Origin: Cenococcum geophilum | Lineage: Eukaryota | Assembly: GCA_050273025.1 (NCBI GenBank) | Contig: CP158635.1 | Location: 33,480,001-33,544,000 of the forward strand | Length of the DNA stretch: 64,000 nt | Direction: 5' to 3' | Shown here: piece after piece, positions 11,690-25,140 of the stretch | Position numbering within the stretch: position 1 is the stretch's first letter | Layout: every line of letters begins with the position of its first letter | Translations under genes and position numbers: made by a program | The notes under the pieces: model-generated | What the model saw: only the letters and a program-made list of their open reading frames with translations | What the model was told of the DNA's origin: nothing | Databases searched by the model: none

Positions 11690-12620
11690 AAGGTAACGGA
11701 GGTTAGTGGTCTTAGTCTTAATATATAGGCGAAAGGCTTCTAATAACCACTAACCTAGCTGCTAAATTTACTAATATAAATACCCTAAATCTTTAGTAAA
11801 CTGGGTAGCGCCTTAGCGGAAGGAGTAGTTTAAGTAACTACTTAGGTTAATCCCAGTAGCTATTAAATAGGAGAAAAGAATCTTATAAACCCCTAAAAAG
11901 ATAAAGGGTTTACTATTAAGACTAAATAAGGGAGAGTTAAGGGGTTAAGGGTCCCTATTAAACAGCTTTATTATAGCAGTGACTAGGCATAATAGGCCGC
12001 CTATTACCGCGATGGCGATATTAACGCCCTAGTATTACTTATTGGCTTTGCTCTATTTAAGGCGGAATATTATTCTACTAGGCGTAAAGGTAATATTATA
12101 TTAAGTAGCCTTTTTACTAGGAAGGTTATTTAGTTCTTAAGCTCCGCCATAGTATATATAATCTTGCCCATTTATAGAAATCTAGTAAATGCGAGGGTAA
12201 ATACGGCATTAGTGTTAATATCTAGTAGTAATAGGCTATATATTACTACCTAGGCTAAAATATCCCTAGTAATAGGTTGCTTATCCTTTTTTACTAAGGG
12301 AGAGATAGCGGCTACTTTAGTAAGTAATTAGTGTACTATAGGATCCTTAAATACTGCAATTAAGATGCTGTAATCTACGTAGTATAAGTAAATTACGGAG
12401 ATATAGGCTTATAAGGTTTCGGCCTTAAGCCTACCTATCTGTAGCTAGGAGGTACTAAACGCGCAGTAGGTAATTCATTTACCTAGTTTACGCGGCTTAG
12501 CTAGGTAAGGGGAGACTCCTTTAAGTGCGCAGTATAACTCCTAGCTATTAACTACTAGAGAATAGTTTTTACGGGTTACTAATATAAGGCTGTTTTAAAG
12601 AAGGAGTGTATAAAGATTAG
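11690..12620 (-). pseudogene. Tyrosine recombinase of the Ngaro element
   Basis: Reverted C-terminus GI(D/N)PS.YS.HSFRRGATQF.KDLG....IQQLGRWSSEAFRLYI (about 11720-11860), the classic HxxR...W...Y catalytic motifs. Boundaries approximate. Confidence 0.9.
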
Positions 12621-12649
12621 ATAGCGCGTTAATATTATCTTTAAAGTTT

Positions 12650-14390
12650 ATAGGCGGTTATAAATAATCTATTAGGTTTACGGCACCTATTAAAAACTTA
12701 TTAACTTTAGTAGTAATAAATTAAGGGCCTAGTATAGGTAGAACTAATAAATAGCCACGGCCTAGAATTAAGATAGTATATTAGCTAAGCTATTTAAATT
12801 ACCTAGAATCTACTTCGCGGATATTATAATATCGTAAGCTATAGTAGCTAGCATAATTTTACGGAGTAATTTATTTACTACACTATAGATAACGGTTTTC
12901 TTAATACCCTAGTAAACTACTATACTATTAATATAAATAGATAGCGCGCTATACTACTAGTTAGTAGACTATAGATTAAATACGTAAGTAATAGCATATA
13001 TCTCTTTTAGATTAATATAGTCTACTTATTAACTAGGCTTAGGTAATATATTAAACGCCTAAGATTAAGGGAGGTTAGCTATATACCACTACTAATTATC
13101 CTTATATTTAAGTTCCTTAAAAAAATAAAAGCCACTAAACCTAAACTAGGTAAAGGCGTTAATAAAGAGATAAATACGGGTATGCTTAACGTTATTAAAG
13201 AACAATACCCTATTACTTATAGTAAGTAGGTTAAGCTAGATATATAAGTTACTTTATAACTTAGTGCTAAATCGCCTAGGTTTATACTTATTTACTAAAG
13301 TCTTTAGCTAAGTAGTAATAAAGATCTAAAGGGATCTAAAGTAAAATTAACTAAGTTTAATTATATAGGCGTATTATATAAGGTAGCCCATAAGCTACTA
13401 GGCTTAAAGGAATAATAATAAGCCGTATTAGAGTGCGGTAGTAACTTTCTTAATAATACGTAATTATTTCTATAGTAATAATTACGTTTATATTTATACG
13501 GTGTTAATAGTATATCCTAAAACTTTAATAATAGTTCCTACTATATCTTTAGAGCCATTTTAAGGAATACTTAGGGAGTTAGTAATAGAGATATAAGTCT
13601 AGGTAATAGCCGCTAAGTTGTTTAGGTTAGTAAGGATAAAGATAAAGTTATTTAGGTAGTATTTTACCTTATAAGGTAGTTATAAATAGAGTATCTAGTA
13701 TAGGCCTTCCGTAAAGAGGTTAAATATAAGTGGCGCAGTTTAAAGACTAAAGGATAGGTAGTATTTTTGGTAGGTAACACCTTCCTAGGAAAAGCCTATT
13801 AATATTCTTATCCTATAAGATAAGGGGACTATATAGAATATATCTTTAATATCTCTTTTAAGCAGTAGATATTTATAACCTATAGAAATAATATAGGCTT
13901 AAATAGCGGTAACTATAGTATATACTAGTGCTTTATATTCTTTTAGGATTATATTATTAACTAAAGATACTAGTAGAAAGGAGAGATTATAAATTCGGCG
14001 GTATCCTCTATCTAATTTTAGTACTAGGCTAAGAGGTAAGACTATAATAGGCCCTATTATAATTCTAATATATCCTTTTTTAAGGTCTAATATTATCTTC
14101 TTAGAAATAAGGTTAGTATTATTCTAAAAGGAGTTATAGTTTCTATAAGATCTTAGGGTAGGGATAAACTTAGCTCCTATCTTGTAGCTATAGGTTAAGA
14201 TACCTACTAAAGTGGCTAGTAGATTACCCGGGTAGTTAAATAAAAGGGAGTACTATGTTAAGATCCTTAGGGGTAATAGAAAGTAGTAGAGAGCCTTTGC
14301 CTTTATAAAGGTAGAGAATAATAATAACGTATTAGGCCTAGGTCCTAGGCATATAATTAAAGTTAGTATTATTATTAGGCTAGACCCTAT
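12650..14390 (-). pseudogene. RT / RNase H of the Ngaro element
   Basis: Reverted HYLDDFIFI (about 13635-13662), IYLFTDAS..FGFGGFY (about 13125-13180), HINLKEMYA (about 12995-13020). Confidence 0.88.
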
Positions 14391-17300
14391 TATTACGGCA
14401 CTAGTAGAACCTAGCAGAACTTAGTAGAACTTCGTAGTTATATAACTAAAAGACCGTATAAAAAGAACCCTACTTTAACTAGCGCTGCTCTTCTTCTTTT
14501 TTTCTTTCTTTAGCTTTAGATCCTTATTTATAGACTACTAATTATATAGGCTTACGCGCCCCTCTTACCGTGCTTGTGCCTTAATTAACTAAGTCGCTAA
14601 TATTATTTAAAGCTTAACTACCCTTTCTTCCTAAGAAGGAACTTAAATATATCTATAGACTATAAACTAGAATAGAATATAGAATTAGACCTAAAGAATA
14701 TTACTAGAACTAGAAGAATAGAAAAGAATAATAAGACCTATAGAATATGTATAGACTAGAACCCCTATAAAATCCTATTAAAGGTTACCCTAATAACTAT
14801 ACTATAATACTAAAAAATATAGTAGCTGGTAAAGCAGCTATAGGACCCTTAAATACCTCTAATAATAAAATAGCAACTAACTTAAACTTCTAAGTAGAGC
14901 TTATAGCAGCTAATGCTGAAATTAAATAACTTTAAGAGCTGCTTAAAGCTAAAAAACCCCCTACGCCTAGTAAGGAATTATTAAACACCTAGAGACTTGC
15001 TATAGTCCTTAAGGCTCTAGCCTAACGTATAGTATTAGTATTGTTGCGGTCTATAAAGGTTATAGACCCCCTATTACTTATAGACGGAACTAACCCTATA
15101 TTTAATAATTGGAAGTTTTAATTACAGAATAAGCTTAAAGTTAATACGGACCACTTCCCTACTACTTAGGCTAAAATGGCCTATATCTTTGGCCGTACCG
15201 GCGGGGATGTATAGACGTACCTACGTCTATAGTATATATAGGACTTAGTAAAGCCCTTCCTCTCTAAAAAAGAGATAATTATCTACCTGTCTTTTATTTA
15301 TAAGGACCCCTTTAAAGTATAAAACGTTTAACTTGATTATAAAAGCCTAAATATAAAAACGATAGAGACTTTCTTAGCCTTTTAGACCCGCTTTTTGCAC
15401 CTAGCCGGCTAGGCTCGAATTCCCTAGGAAGATTTAATACTAGACCTATTTAATAAGCTTACCCTAGACCTATAGCGAGCTATACTACTAGTTTTTACTA
15501 CTATATAGACGCTAAAGGAACTTATGGATTAGTGCTTAGCTATTAACTAAGGCCTCTGCTAAATTAAGGCATATGCTAAATGGTATAAAGCTAGAAACCC
15601 TTTAAATTAGACTATAAGTAATATAAGAACGGCCTATAATGCCCTAGCACAATTAGCAACCCCTATAGCACTACCCGTATAGCTTACCGCCAATTTAGCA
15701 GCTAGTTATACGGCTAGCCCTACTATAGGTCTAGCAAATACTTAGCCTATATATAGTAACCTTTATATATAGGCCCTTAGTAATTAAGGAGCTTGCTTTT
15801 CTTGCGGATAAAAAGGTTACTATATAAAGGATTGCCTAATAAACGCGAAAGCGGATAAGGTTTTATTAATCTAGGAGAATAGCGCAGAGTTAGAAAAAGA
15901 GGAACCCTAAAGGAAGACTCCTCTTTAGGGTTAAAAGGGATTAATATATTAGATATTAATCTAGGTTAGCTAGTTAGTAGAAAAAGCTGCACTATCCCTT
16001 ATACTTTATTCCGTAATAGATACTAAGTTTTAACCTCTGCTTTAGCTAACTTTAGAGTAAATACCTTTGCCTTAATAGATACCTAGTATGCCGTAAAGCT
16101 AGCTAACTTTCTAAATATACCTATTAAAGAACTACCTAAACTAATTCCTATCCGCGGGTATAATGGGCAAATAGGACCACCTATTATAACTATCTTGCGG
16201 ATTTACCTCTGTATTAATAAACAAAGGTAGTATAATGCCCCCTTCCTTATTATAAACCTAGGTAGCTATAATATAATCTTAAGGCGAGAATGGCTAGCCT
16301 ATTTAGGCTTATAGCTTAATATATAGAGTAGATGGCTTACCTAGCCTAAAACCCTACCCCTAACCCCTTCCTTTATAAAAGAAATTAGCATTATAATAAA
16401 AAACCTTATACGGCCCTAGATTAATACTATTTACTAGGCCGATGCTATACGTAGGGACTAGGCCTTTAAGAAAGATATATAGCTTAATTTGTAACGGATC
16501 CGTATACTATATCGCCCCTAAACTACCTATATTACGCTACCCGCATTAAAGACCTAGGAAGTTAGTAGTGACCTAAAAAAGCCCCCTATAGAAAGCTTAG
16601 GCCCTATATAGCTATAAAGAATAGTAAGGGATGTTAGATATTATACTAAACTAATAAATTAAAAGGATAACCTACGGAAGATAAAATAGGAGCTAAAAAA
16701 GATTATAAACCCTAGACTGTAAAATATGGTCTAGAAAACGGCTATAAGGAAACTAGCGGACCTCCTACTAGTTAATATCTGCTATATTAATGCCGTAGGA
16801 TTTTACTAGAATTTAGTTTAGCTTAATACCGTTGCCTTTATAATAAGCTTATACGAAATTAATTAAATAATTAAGGAAAAGGGAAATAAGCTTAGTAGAT
16901 AAGAAAGCGAGTTTATAAATAAGGAACTAGTAGAATAAAAGCTGCCCTATTAATACTAGAAATTTAAGGATATATTCTCTAAAGTAGCGTCTAATATACT
17001 TCTACCTTACTAACTATATAACTATAAGATTAAGATTAAGTAGGGTAAAGAAAACACCCTTAGCTTTAGCCCCCTTTATAAGTAGTTTATTACCAAATTA
17101 TAGGCTATAAAGTAGTATCTTATTAATAACCTAAATAAGGGCTTTATTAAGCCTAGCTAAGCCCCTTTTACCTCGCCTATTTTCTTTATTAAAAAGCTAA
17201 ATAGAGGACTTCGCTTCTATATTAACTACTATAAGCTAAATAATATAACCTATAAGGATCGCTATCTACTGCCCCTATTTAATAAGACTTTAGCCTAAAT

Positions 17301-20264
17301 AAGTAGAGCTAAGGTCTTTATAAAGCTTAATATCCGCTAGGCCTTTTACTAAATTAGGATAAACCCTAGGTCTAAAGATCTTATTATATTTTAGATCTAT
17401 TACAGAACGTATAAATATAAAGTACTTCCTTTTAGACTAACTAACGGACTAGCTACGTACTAGCGGTATATAAATAATATACTCTTTAACTACCTTAATA
17501 ATTTTTATACGGCCTATTTAGATAATATTATAATCTACTTTAAGAACGAGCTAGAATATAAGGAGCATGTCTATAAAGTCCTATAATAGCTTTATAAGGC
17601 TGGCCTCTAGGTTAATATTAAGAAGTTAAAGTTTAGTATTAAGCGTATAAAGTACCTAGGTTTTATTATTAGTATAAATAAAATTAAAATTAACCTAGAG
17701 AAAACGGCTGTAATTAACTAGTAGATACCCTTATAGACTATAAAGGGGGTATAATCCTTTTTAGGGTTTTGTAACTTTTACTAATGCTTTATTAAGAACT
17801 ATAGTAGAATTACCCGGCCTCTTAACTATCTTACTAAAAAAGACCAGCCCTTTTACTTTAACGCTATATATAGGTAGGCCTTTAATAAGCTTAAGAAACG
17901 GCTAGTATCGGCTCCCCTACTTGCCTATTTTAACCTAAAATAGCCCTTAATGCTAGAAACTAATGCCTTAGACGGCGTAATAGCTAGTGTTTTTTCCTAG
18001 AAGTAACTAGATGGAGAGTAGTACCCTATTATATACTATTTAAAGACTATAATAAATACTAAGCTAAATTACTATATCTATAATAAAGAAATGCTAGCTA
18101 TTATTTCTAGCTTTTAGCACTGGCGTATATAGCTAAAGGGGACCCCTAAGCTAATTAAGGTAGTTTTAGATTATAAGGCCCTAGAATACTTTATAATAAC
18201 TAAGGCCCTTATAGCCCGGTAGGCACGCTAGGTGAATACCCTATCTTAATTTAACTTCTTAATTATATATAAACTAGGCGCTATAAACTATACGGACGCT
18301 CTTATAAGGCGTAAGCAAGACCTAGATAACTAGACGGCTATAAAGATCTTACTATAGACCTAGACGCTACTATAACTAAAATACCTTAACCCCTAGATAC
18401 GGGCAGAACTAAGTATAAACTCCTTAGGCGCTAAGATATATCCTATTAACTCCTCTAAACTTAACCTTATTAATAAACTACTATAGGCCAACTAAATAAC
18501 CCCCTCTCTATAGGAATACTGTAAAAAGGCAAAGAATATTACTAGCCTATAGTCCCTTAAAAACGGACTACTTAAGTACTAGAAACGGCTAGTAGTAGCT
18601 AAGGAATAGAACTTATAGACCTAGCTTATTGCCGAAGCTTATGCCTAGGTCTCTACGGCCTACCCTAGAAAAAATAAAACCCGTAAGATTATTAGTGACC
18701 GCTACTACTAGCCTGGAATAATTATAGATATTAACCGTTATATACGGAACTGCGACAGCTGCTATAGATCTATAATTCTACGAGATAAGACCCTAGGATT
18801 ATTAAAACCTCTCCTGATACCTAACCGCCTTTAGTAGTATATCTCTATAGACTTCTATAAGCTACTAATAGACCGTGACGGATATAATATGGTTATAATT
18901 CTAGTTAACCGCTTTAGTAAGCGCCCGTTTTTAATTCCCTATTATAAGAATATTAATGCTAAGGAGGCGGCCTAACTATATATTTACTACGTTTATTATA
19001 TTTACGGACTACTAGATACTATTATATCTAATTACAGCCTATAATTTATATTAGCCTTCTAGAATAAGTTTACCTGGATTTTAGGTATTAGGCTAAAGCT
19101 CTCTATAATATACTACCTCTAGATAAACGGCCAGATAGAGATTATAAATTAATATTTAGATTAAAGACTCTAGCCTTTTATTAATTACTTCTAAAACAAC
19201 TAGGGTAAACTGTTACCCCTAATAAACTACGCCCAGGCAACCTTACCCTATAACTTTATAGGATTTGCACCTATCTAACTAAAAATAGGGTATTTACCCT
19301 AAATAAGCTTTAACTGGGATAGACTAGAAGGACTATAGACTGTATGTAAGAAACTATCTTATAAGGAAGCCTAGTAGTACGCTAAGCGCTTAGAGGAAGC
19401 TTAGACGGTAGCCTATATAAATCTAAAAAAGGCTTAGAAATTAATGGAATAGTAGGCAAATAAGTATAGGCGCGAACTTAACTTTACTGTAGGTAATATA
19501 GTCTAGATTATAATAAAGAACTAGAAAACGGAACGGCCTAGCTATAAGCTAGACTATTAGATGGCGGGACTATATAAGGTCCTTAAGAAGATAGGTAACT
19601 TATATAAAGTAAAGCTCCCGGATTTAATTAAGGTTTACCCTGTTTTCTTACTAGATAAGCTATAAAAAGCTATAAATAACCTATTACCTAGACAAAAGAA
19701 CAAACCTCCCCTACTAATTTAAGTCAATAGTAATAATAAATAGGAAATTAAAGAAGTACTGGCCTATAAACTAGTAAGGAAAACGCTAAAGTACCGCGTT
19801 AGTTAGAAAGGCTATAACCTAGATTTTACTTAGTACCCTATATAGAACTTTATTAGTAGTCCCTATAAGCTTTAAGAATTCTATAACTACTACCCTAATA
19901 AACTAGGACCCCTAAAGTATCTAGATAAGTAGATAGAGTGCTAGTATAGCGAAGATAATAAGCTACCGGAAGAATATAAAGATAAGAACGCCCTATAAGT
20001 ATAATACGGACTATAAAGCCTAAGGGTAGGCTTTTGCGGAGGGGGGGGGTAATATTATAGCATTGGTAGAACCTAGTAGAACTTAGTAAAACTTTATAGT
20101 TATGTAACTAGAAGACCGTATAAAAAGAACCCTACTTTAACTAGCGCTACTCTTCTTCTCCTTTTCTTTCTTTAGCTTTAGATCCTTATTTATAAACTAC
20201 TAATTATATAGGCTTACGCGCCCCTCTTACTGTGCTCGTACTTTAATTAACTAAGTCGCTAATA
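14391..20264 (+). mobile_element. Full-length Ty3/Gypsy chromovirus, family A (212-bp LTRs 14391-14602 and 20053-20264; gag-PR-RT-RH-IN-chromo)
   Basis: Matching LTRs, TSD cctat/cctac and G-run PPT at about 20039-20049. Reverted motifs: gag knuckle ACFSCG..GH..KDC (about 15790-15840), AYLDDII (about 17512), LETDASDG (about 17953), AH..VSTAHPG..RNCDSC (18638-18762), chromodomain WEIEE.LA..L...LKYRVSWKGY (about 19740-19815). Confidence 0.97.
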
Positions 20265-21340
20265 CCTACTTTATAAGGTTCGCCTTACTATTCCTAGGTA
20301 TAAGCTTTAGATAATATAGTATAATCTTTACTATACTTTAAGTACTTATATAGGTATTTATAAGCTATATTATCGCAGCCTTTACTATTAAACTTATAGT
20401 AGGTATTAGAGGTATAGGAGGTATCTAACCTAGGTCTCTTTAAGGCGGCAAAGCTAATAGCACTAGATATTATAAGGTATGGCGCTATATACTAGGCTAG
20501 TATTTGCTAATTAGCGGGCTTTAGTTAGCTATTAGTTATTATAAAGGTATAATAGTTAAGTGCTAAGTTAAGTATATAACCTACTTAGATATACTAGGTT
20601 AATAAGGTATAAATTATGTTTATTTAAAGAAGTATATTAGTAATAAGGTCTAGCGGGCATATATAGAGGGTACTAGTAATAACTACGTAGTTAGTAAAAC
20701 CTTTAAACTAGATACCTTTATCTATAAATAGCTTCCTATTTACCTTTACCTTTCTTATAACTAGAGTACTATTCTTAATCTATATCTTATTAGCAATCTT
20801 AATTTAAGCGGTATAGACTTAAAGATAGGCGAGGTTTACTAGATTAAAGGTACCCTTAAAAATATCTAGGTAATCCCTTTTTATAATGCTAGGAAGGCGG
20901 AGTTTAAATAACTTTACGCTAGGAGGGAGAGGCTTACTAAGGATATTAGCTATAGCAGCTGTTATAGTAGCCTATAAGGCTAAAGCGGCTAAGCCTAACT
21001 ATAATTAAGCTATTTAAGCTAGGTAGTATTTATACTAGTAAGCCTCCTCTACTAAGCAGGCTTTACGCTCTTTCTTATACTTCTAAATCTCCCTTTTATC
21101 TTAGGCTTATTTCCTTTACTCTTTAATAATTTCGCGCTCTTTTATAGCAGCGGCGCGTATATTAGCCTTAGACGGCATTATAGAACTAGTAGGGGAGGGT
21201 ATAGCGGTTGTAGACGATGGTATAGTTAAGGTAGGTTGTCTAGGTGGGTTTACTTATTAGGATTATATACGCGTATAAGTCTCCTAGTTAGTTATAAGCG
21301 GTAATAACGTTATAAAATAATTCTTAAACGAATAGATAAT
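20265..21340 (-). pseudogene. gag-like ORF1 of the Ngaro element
   Basis: Reverted C-terminal Cys/His cluster C.KFN.KGCDN.ACKYLHKC.KCGKDH (about 20320-20405), between RT and repeat A1. Confidence 0.7.
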
Positions 21341-23680
21341 AAATATATAATAAATATTAATAAGTTTAGCAATATTAAAAGTAAATTAGCTATATAGTAA
21401 CTGCGTTTAATATTCGCGAATATTATAAGAGGTCTTAGTATTATATATTACTAAGGTAGATACTGCTAAGCAATATATAAACGCTAGTATATAACTTTAA
21501 AATATAGGTAATCGGCTAACTAGCTTAGCTATTATAGCCTTTTACCTAGATAGGCTTCTCTAGTTAAATAGCTTCTATATTTAAAAACTTAGCAATATTA
21601 TTTATATAAGTAGTATTTATAAAGGCGAAGCTATTTACTCTAGTATTAATTAGGGCGGTTATATTAACTCTATATCTATTTTAAAATACTATATATAGAA
21701 CCGTAAAATACTTTTTACCTATTAACTAACTAAGATTAATCTCTTTAAGATTAATAGGGTACCCTAGAGGGGAGTTTCTCCCTAGGGTTCTTCTTTTCCT
21801 AACTTATTAAATATTTCTCTTTCCTCTATCTTCTTAATATTGCCTATATTCTTTAGCTCTAGGTAAAGTAAGGTAAAGTAACCCTCTTTATTATAGTTAT
21901 AGTATATAGCTAAGGTAAAGTTAATTAGAGTATTATAATAAGTACTAGTTAATGGCGTAGTATATAACTAGTTAGGTAAGGCTTACTAATATATAGTTAT
22001 AACCGCTTTTAATATAAGAGCGGTTATAGCTTATCTTCCTACTCTAGCTCCTATAGGTATGGCTAACGAGCTTTAATTACTATAGGGTCGCTTCTACTAA
22101 TTAAAGTAGGCGTTAATTTGCTTTAATTTTAAATTTAATAATAGGTAATAAGTTATAAGTCTATTATAAGTTAGTAGGTTATTTAAGATTATAGCGATCT
22201 TCTTTTATAGCTAAATTATTAGCTTATTATATAGGTCTAATTAGTAGTTCTTAAGGGGAACCTAGCCTTCTCCTATAAGGGATAGGAATTAAGTTTAAAA
22301 TTTAGTAAAGGGCTAGTTCGGTTTTATTATTAGGCGATTATAGTTATATTAGGCGTCCTATACTTTATTTAGGTTAATATAAATAGCCGCTAGGTGCTAT
22401 ATTATCTTATTAATAGATATAAATTAGATAGGGGACTTGTCCTTAAACTTAGTTTAAAGGTACCGTTAGGCGTCCCTAATGGTTTAACTAAAGAGGTAGA
22501 GTATTTTAGCTTCTTTAGAAAGGAAATAGTTATAGTTAATGCGGAGCTTTCCTTATACTTAAATCCTCTAATTCTTAAAGGTAGGGTCTATCCTATTAAA
22601 TAGTAGTAGGGAGTTAAGGAGCTTAATAGACTTTAATTACTTCGTTATTATATCCGTATTCCCTAGTATATTATATTTAATAGAGTAAATAGGTTGGCTA
22701 GGGCTTTAAGAAGGGGAAGCTAGGCTATTTTATAGGGCTATAAGGCTTTCTATAATCTCTTATATATTTCTTACTTTAAGATAATTAGCTTTTTAGCTAG
22801 CTATAAGGGCGTAAATTTACTTACGTACGTCTATAATAATATTATTATCTTTAATTTCTAATCCTAATTGGATCTTAGGTTCCTCTTAAGTAGAGGCAGC
22901 TCTCTTAAATAAGCTTACTTTAGGTGCCATTATTAGCTTCCTAGGGTTTATTAGTATTATACGCTTTAGTTTTAATTCTAGGGGTATCCCTTAATACGTT
23001 AGCGTCCTTGTTTAGGCGCTAAGCCTAGGAATAACGTGTTTAGGTATATATAACACTATATAGAAATTATAAATAGCTATTTATTTTTAACAATTCGATA
23101 CCGTATAATGCTGTATAAATTTTTAAATAATATTAAATTACTCTAGCTAGGTATAGTCTCTGGTATAGGCAGCTAATTTAGAGCCTCTAATTAGCTAAGC
23201 CCTTATTAATAGCTAAGGACGTAAATTAACGTGTTAAGGGATAGGTCTAGTCCTATCTAGCTTATAAGGTAGGATATTATTTAGGCCTTCCCAGGTAATA
23301 TAGAGTTGTTTTAGTATTTAAGTATAATATATTAACGCGTTATTATAGACAAAGTTTTCTTTTTAGGGTAGGATATTATTAAGGCCTTTCTAGGTAATAT
23401 AGGAAGAGCTTAGTATAATATAACGGCTTATATAAATGCCTCTAAACTAAAGCTTATAGAATGCTATTTTATAAAGATACTAAGCTAAGGAAAAGAAAAG
23501 GGGGTTACTAGGGCTAGTATAAATAAATAAGTAGCGCGAGCCGCTAAGGCGCTAGTAGGCGAGCTAATAGTAGAAAATAGTACTAGACAGTACTTAATAA
23601 TATAAGATAGTATGACAGGTAGCAAAATATGGCAGAACTTAGGCAGAATTTAGTAGGTAACGCGCTCTAGCACTATTATA

Positions 23681-24570
23681 CTAAGTCCTTAATATATTAC
23701 GGGCATAAATACGTCTAAACGTCCCTATTAGTACGGCTAAAGATATAGGCCATTTAGGCCTAAGGGGTAGGAAAGTAATCGGTATTAACTTTAAGCTTAT
23801 CCTATAGTTGGAGCTTCTAGTTATTAAATATAGGGTCTATTCTATCTATAAGTAATAAAGGGTCCGCCACCTTTATAGACCGTAATAGTGCTATATAGGG
23901 CTTAGTAGGTCCGCTAAGGCGCTAGGATAGGGCCTTAAGGACTATAGTAAGTCTTTAGGTGTTTAATAATTTATTACTAGATACGGAAGTAGGGGTATCT
24001 CTAGCTTTAAAAAGCTCTTATAGTTATTTAATCTTAGTATTAGCTACTACTAGCTCTGCCTAGGGGTTTAAAATATTAACTATTTTATTATCTAAGGTAT
24101 TTAAAGGTCCTATAGCTGCTTTACTAGCTGCTATATTTCTTAGCATAGTAGTAGAAGTATTAGATAATTTTGGGTAAATTCTTTAGGAATTCTAGTCCGT
24201 GCTTATCCTGTTTTTAGGCTTTATATTCTTTTTATATTTTTTAGTTCTAGTTCTTATTCTAGTTCTTAAATATATTTAAGTTCCTTCTTAGAAAGGAAGG
24301 GTGGATAAGCTTTAAATAATGTTAGTAACTTAGTTAATTAAGGCACGAGTATAGTATAAGGGGCGCGCAAGCCTATATAATTGGATTGTCTATAAACGAG
24401 AATCTAAAGCTAGGGAAAGGAAAAGAGAAGAAGAGTAGTACCGCTTAATATTTTATAAGGTCTTTACGTTACGTAACCGCAATATGCGGCAATCTGTGGC
24501 AACTTACTAGTGCGAAGTTCTACTAAGTTCTACTAACTAAGTTCTGCTATTTTCTGCCAGTACCGTAATA
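23681..24570 (-). mobile_element. Gypsy family A 5' fragment (LTR 24320-24570 + gag N-terminus)
   Basis: Reverse complement of about 14391-15250. Truncated where the family B LTR begins. Confidence 0.9.
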
Positions 24571-24715
24571 TTACACTCCATTTAACGCTTTAAAGTTTTA
24601 CCCCAAATTATATTGCTAGATCTTTATTTATTATCTTTAAATAATATAGTTTAAGCATTAATTTATATATAGCTTGTAATGTTATCCTAGAATCCTAACT
24701 TATAGCGCTAGACAT

Positions 24716-24944
24716 TATTAGCGACTTAGTTAATTAAGGTATAAGTATAATAAAAAGTATGTATATAAGTCTATATAATTGGATTACCTATAAATAAGGA
24801 TCTAAAGCTAAAGAAAGGAAAAGGAGAAAAAGAGTAGCTCTAGTTAAAGTAGGGTTCTTTTATACGGTTCTTTAGTTATATAACTATAAAGTTCTACTAA
24901 GTTCTGCTAACTAAGTTCTACCATTTTCTGCTAGTACCGTAACA
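24716..24944 (-). mobile_element. Solo LTR, family A
   Basis: Reverse complement of 14391-14602. Flanks gacat/cttag do not form a TSD. Confidence 0.9.
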
Positions 24945-25111
24945 CTTAGTGTAACTACTATAGTTAGATAGTTTTATAGTTATAGGCTTACAGTTAGGGA
25001 TATCTAGTAGATTTAAGTGCTAAGTACTAGCAAAACTGCTAAGAACTAGCCCTGCGCCTCCTAATTATATAATAAAAATTAAATATCCCCTTACGTAACT
25101 GCGATAGATAG
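24945..25111 (+). mobile_element. Remnant 3' end (spacer + B2 repeat) of a second Ngaro copy
   Basis: Reverse complement of about 10772-10980 with small deletions, ending at ..GCGATAGATAG like the B2 terminus. Confidence 0.85.
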
Positions 25112-25140
25112 AAAGTAATATTTACATATCGCTAAGGTTG

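Larger units (their letters stand above)
10769..21490 (-). mobile_element. Ngaro-type tyrosine-recombinase retrotransposon with split direct repeats (A1-gag-RT/RH-YR-B1-A2-spacer-B2), interrupted by Gypsy A
   Basis: A repeats at about 21385-21490 and 11090-11195. B repeats at about 11196-11360 and 10772-10938. No TSD; the trinucleotide TAT is shared at both ends and at the A/B junction. YR, RT, RNase H and gag motifs are on the minus strand. Confidence 0.9.
4986..23680 (-). mobile_element. Gypsy family B element: 5' LTR 23419-23680, gag about 22990-21780, protease/RT/RNase H 10768-4986. Integrase and 3' LTR lost. Interrupted by element C and Ngaro
   Basis: Minus-strand gag zinc knuckle CYNCNKEGHF..C (about 21870-21905), RT ..YL(DD)IL near 5860, RNase H ..DHKALKYFM..ARWAEILS near 5150-5220. 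The pol reading continues across the insertions. Confidence 0.85.

Noticed and set aside
22394..22603. ORF-track 69-aa ORF
   Set aside because: Antisense to the Gypsy B gag.
4441..24570. LTRs at 4441 and 24320 as the two ends of one element
   Set aside because: U3 regions differ and flanks ataaa/ttaca do not form a TSD.
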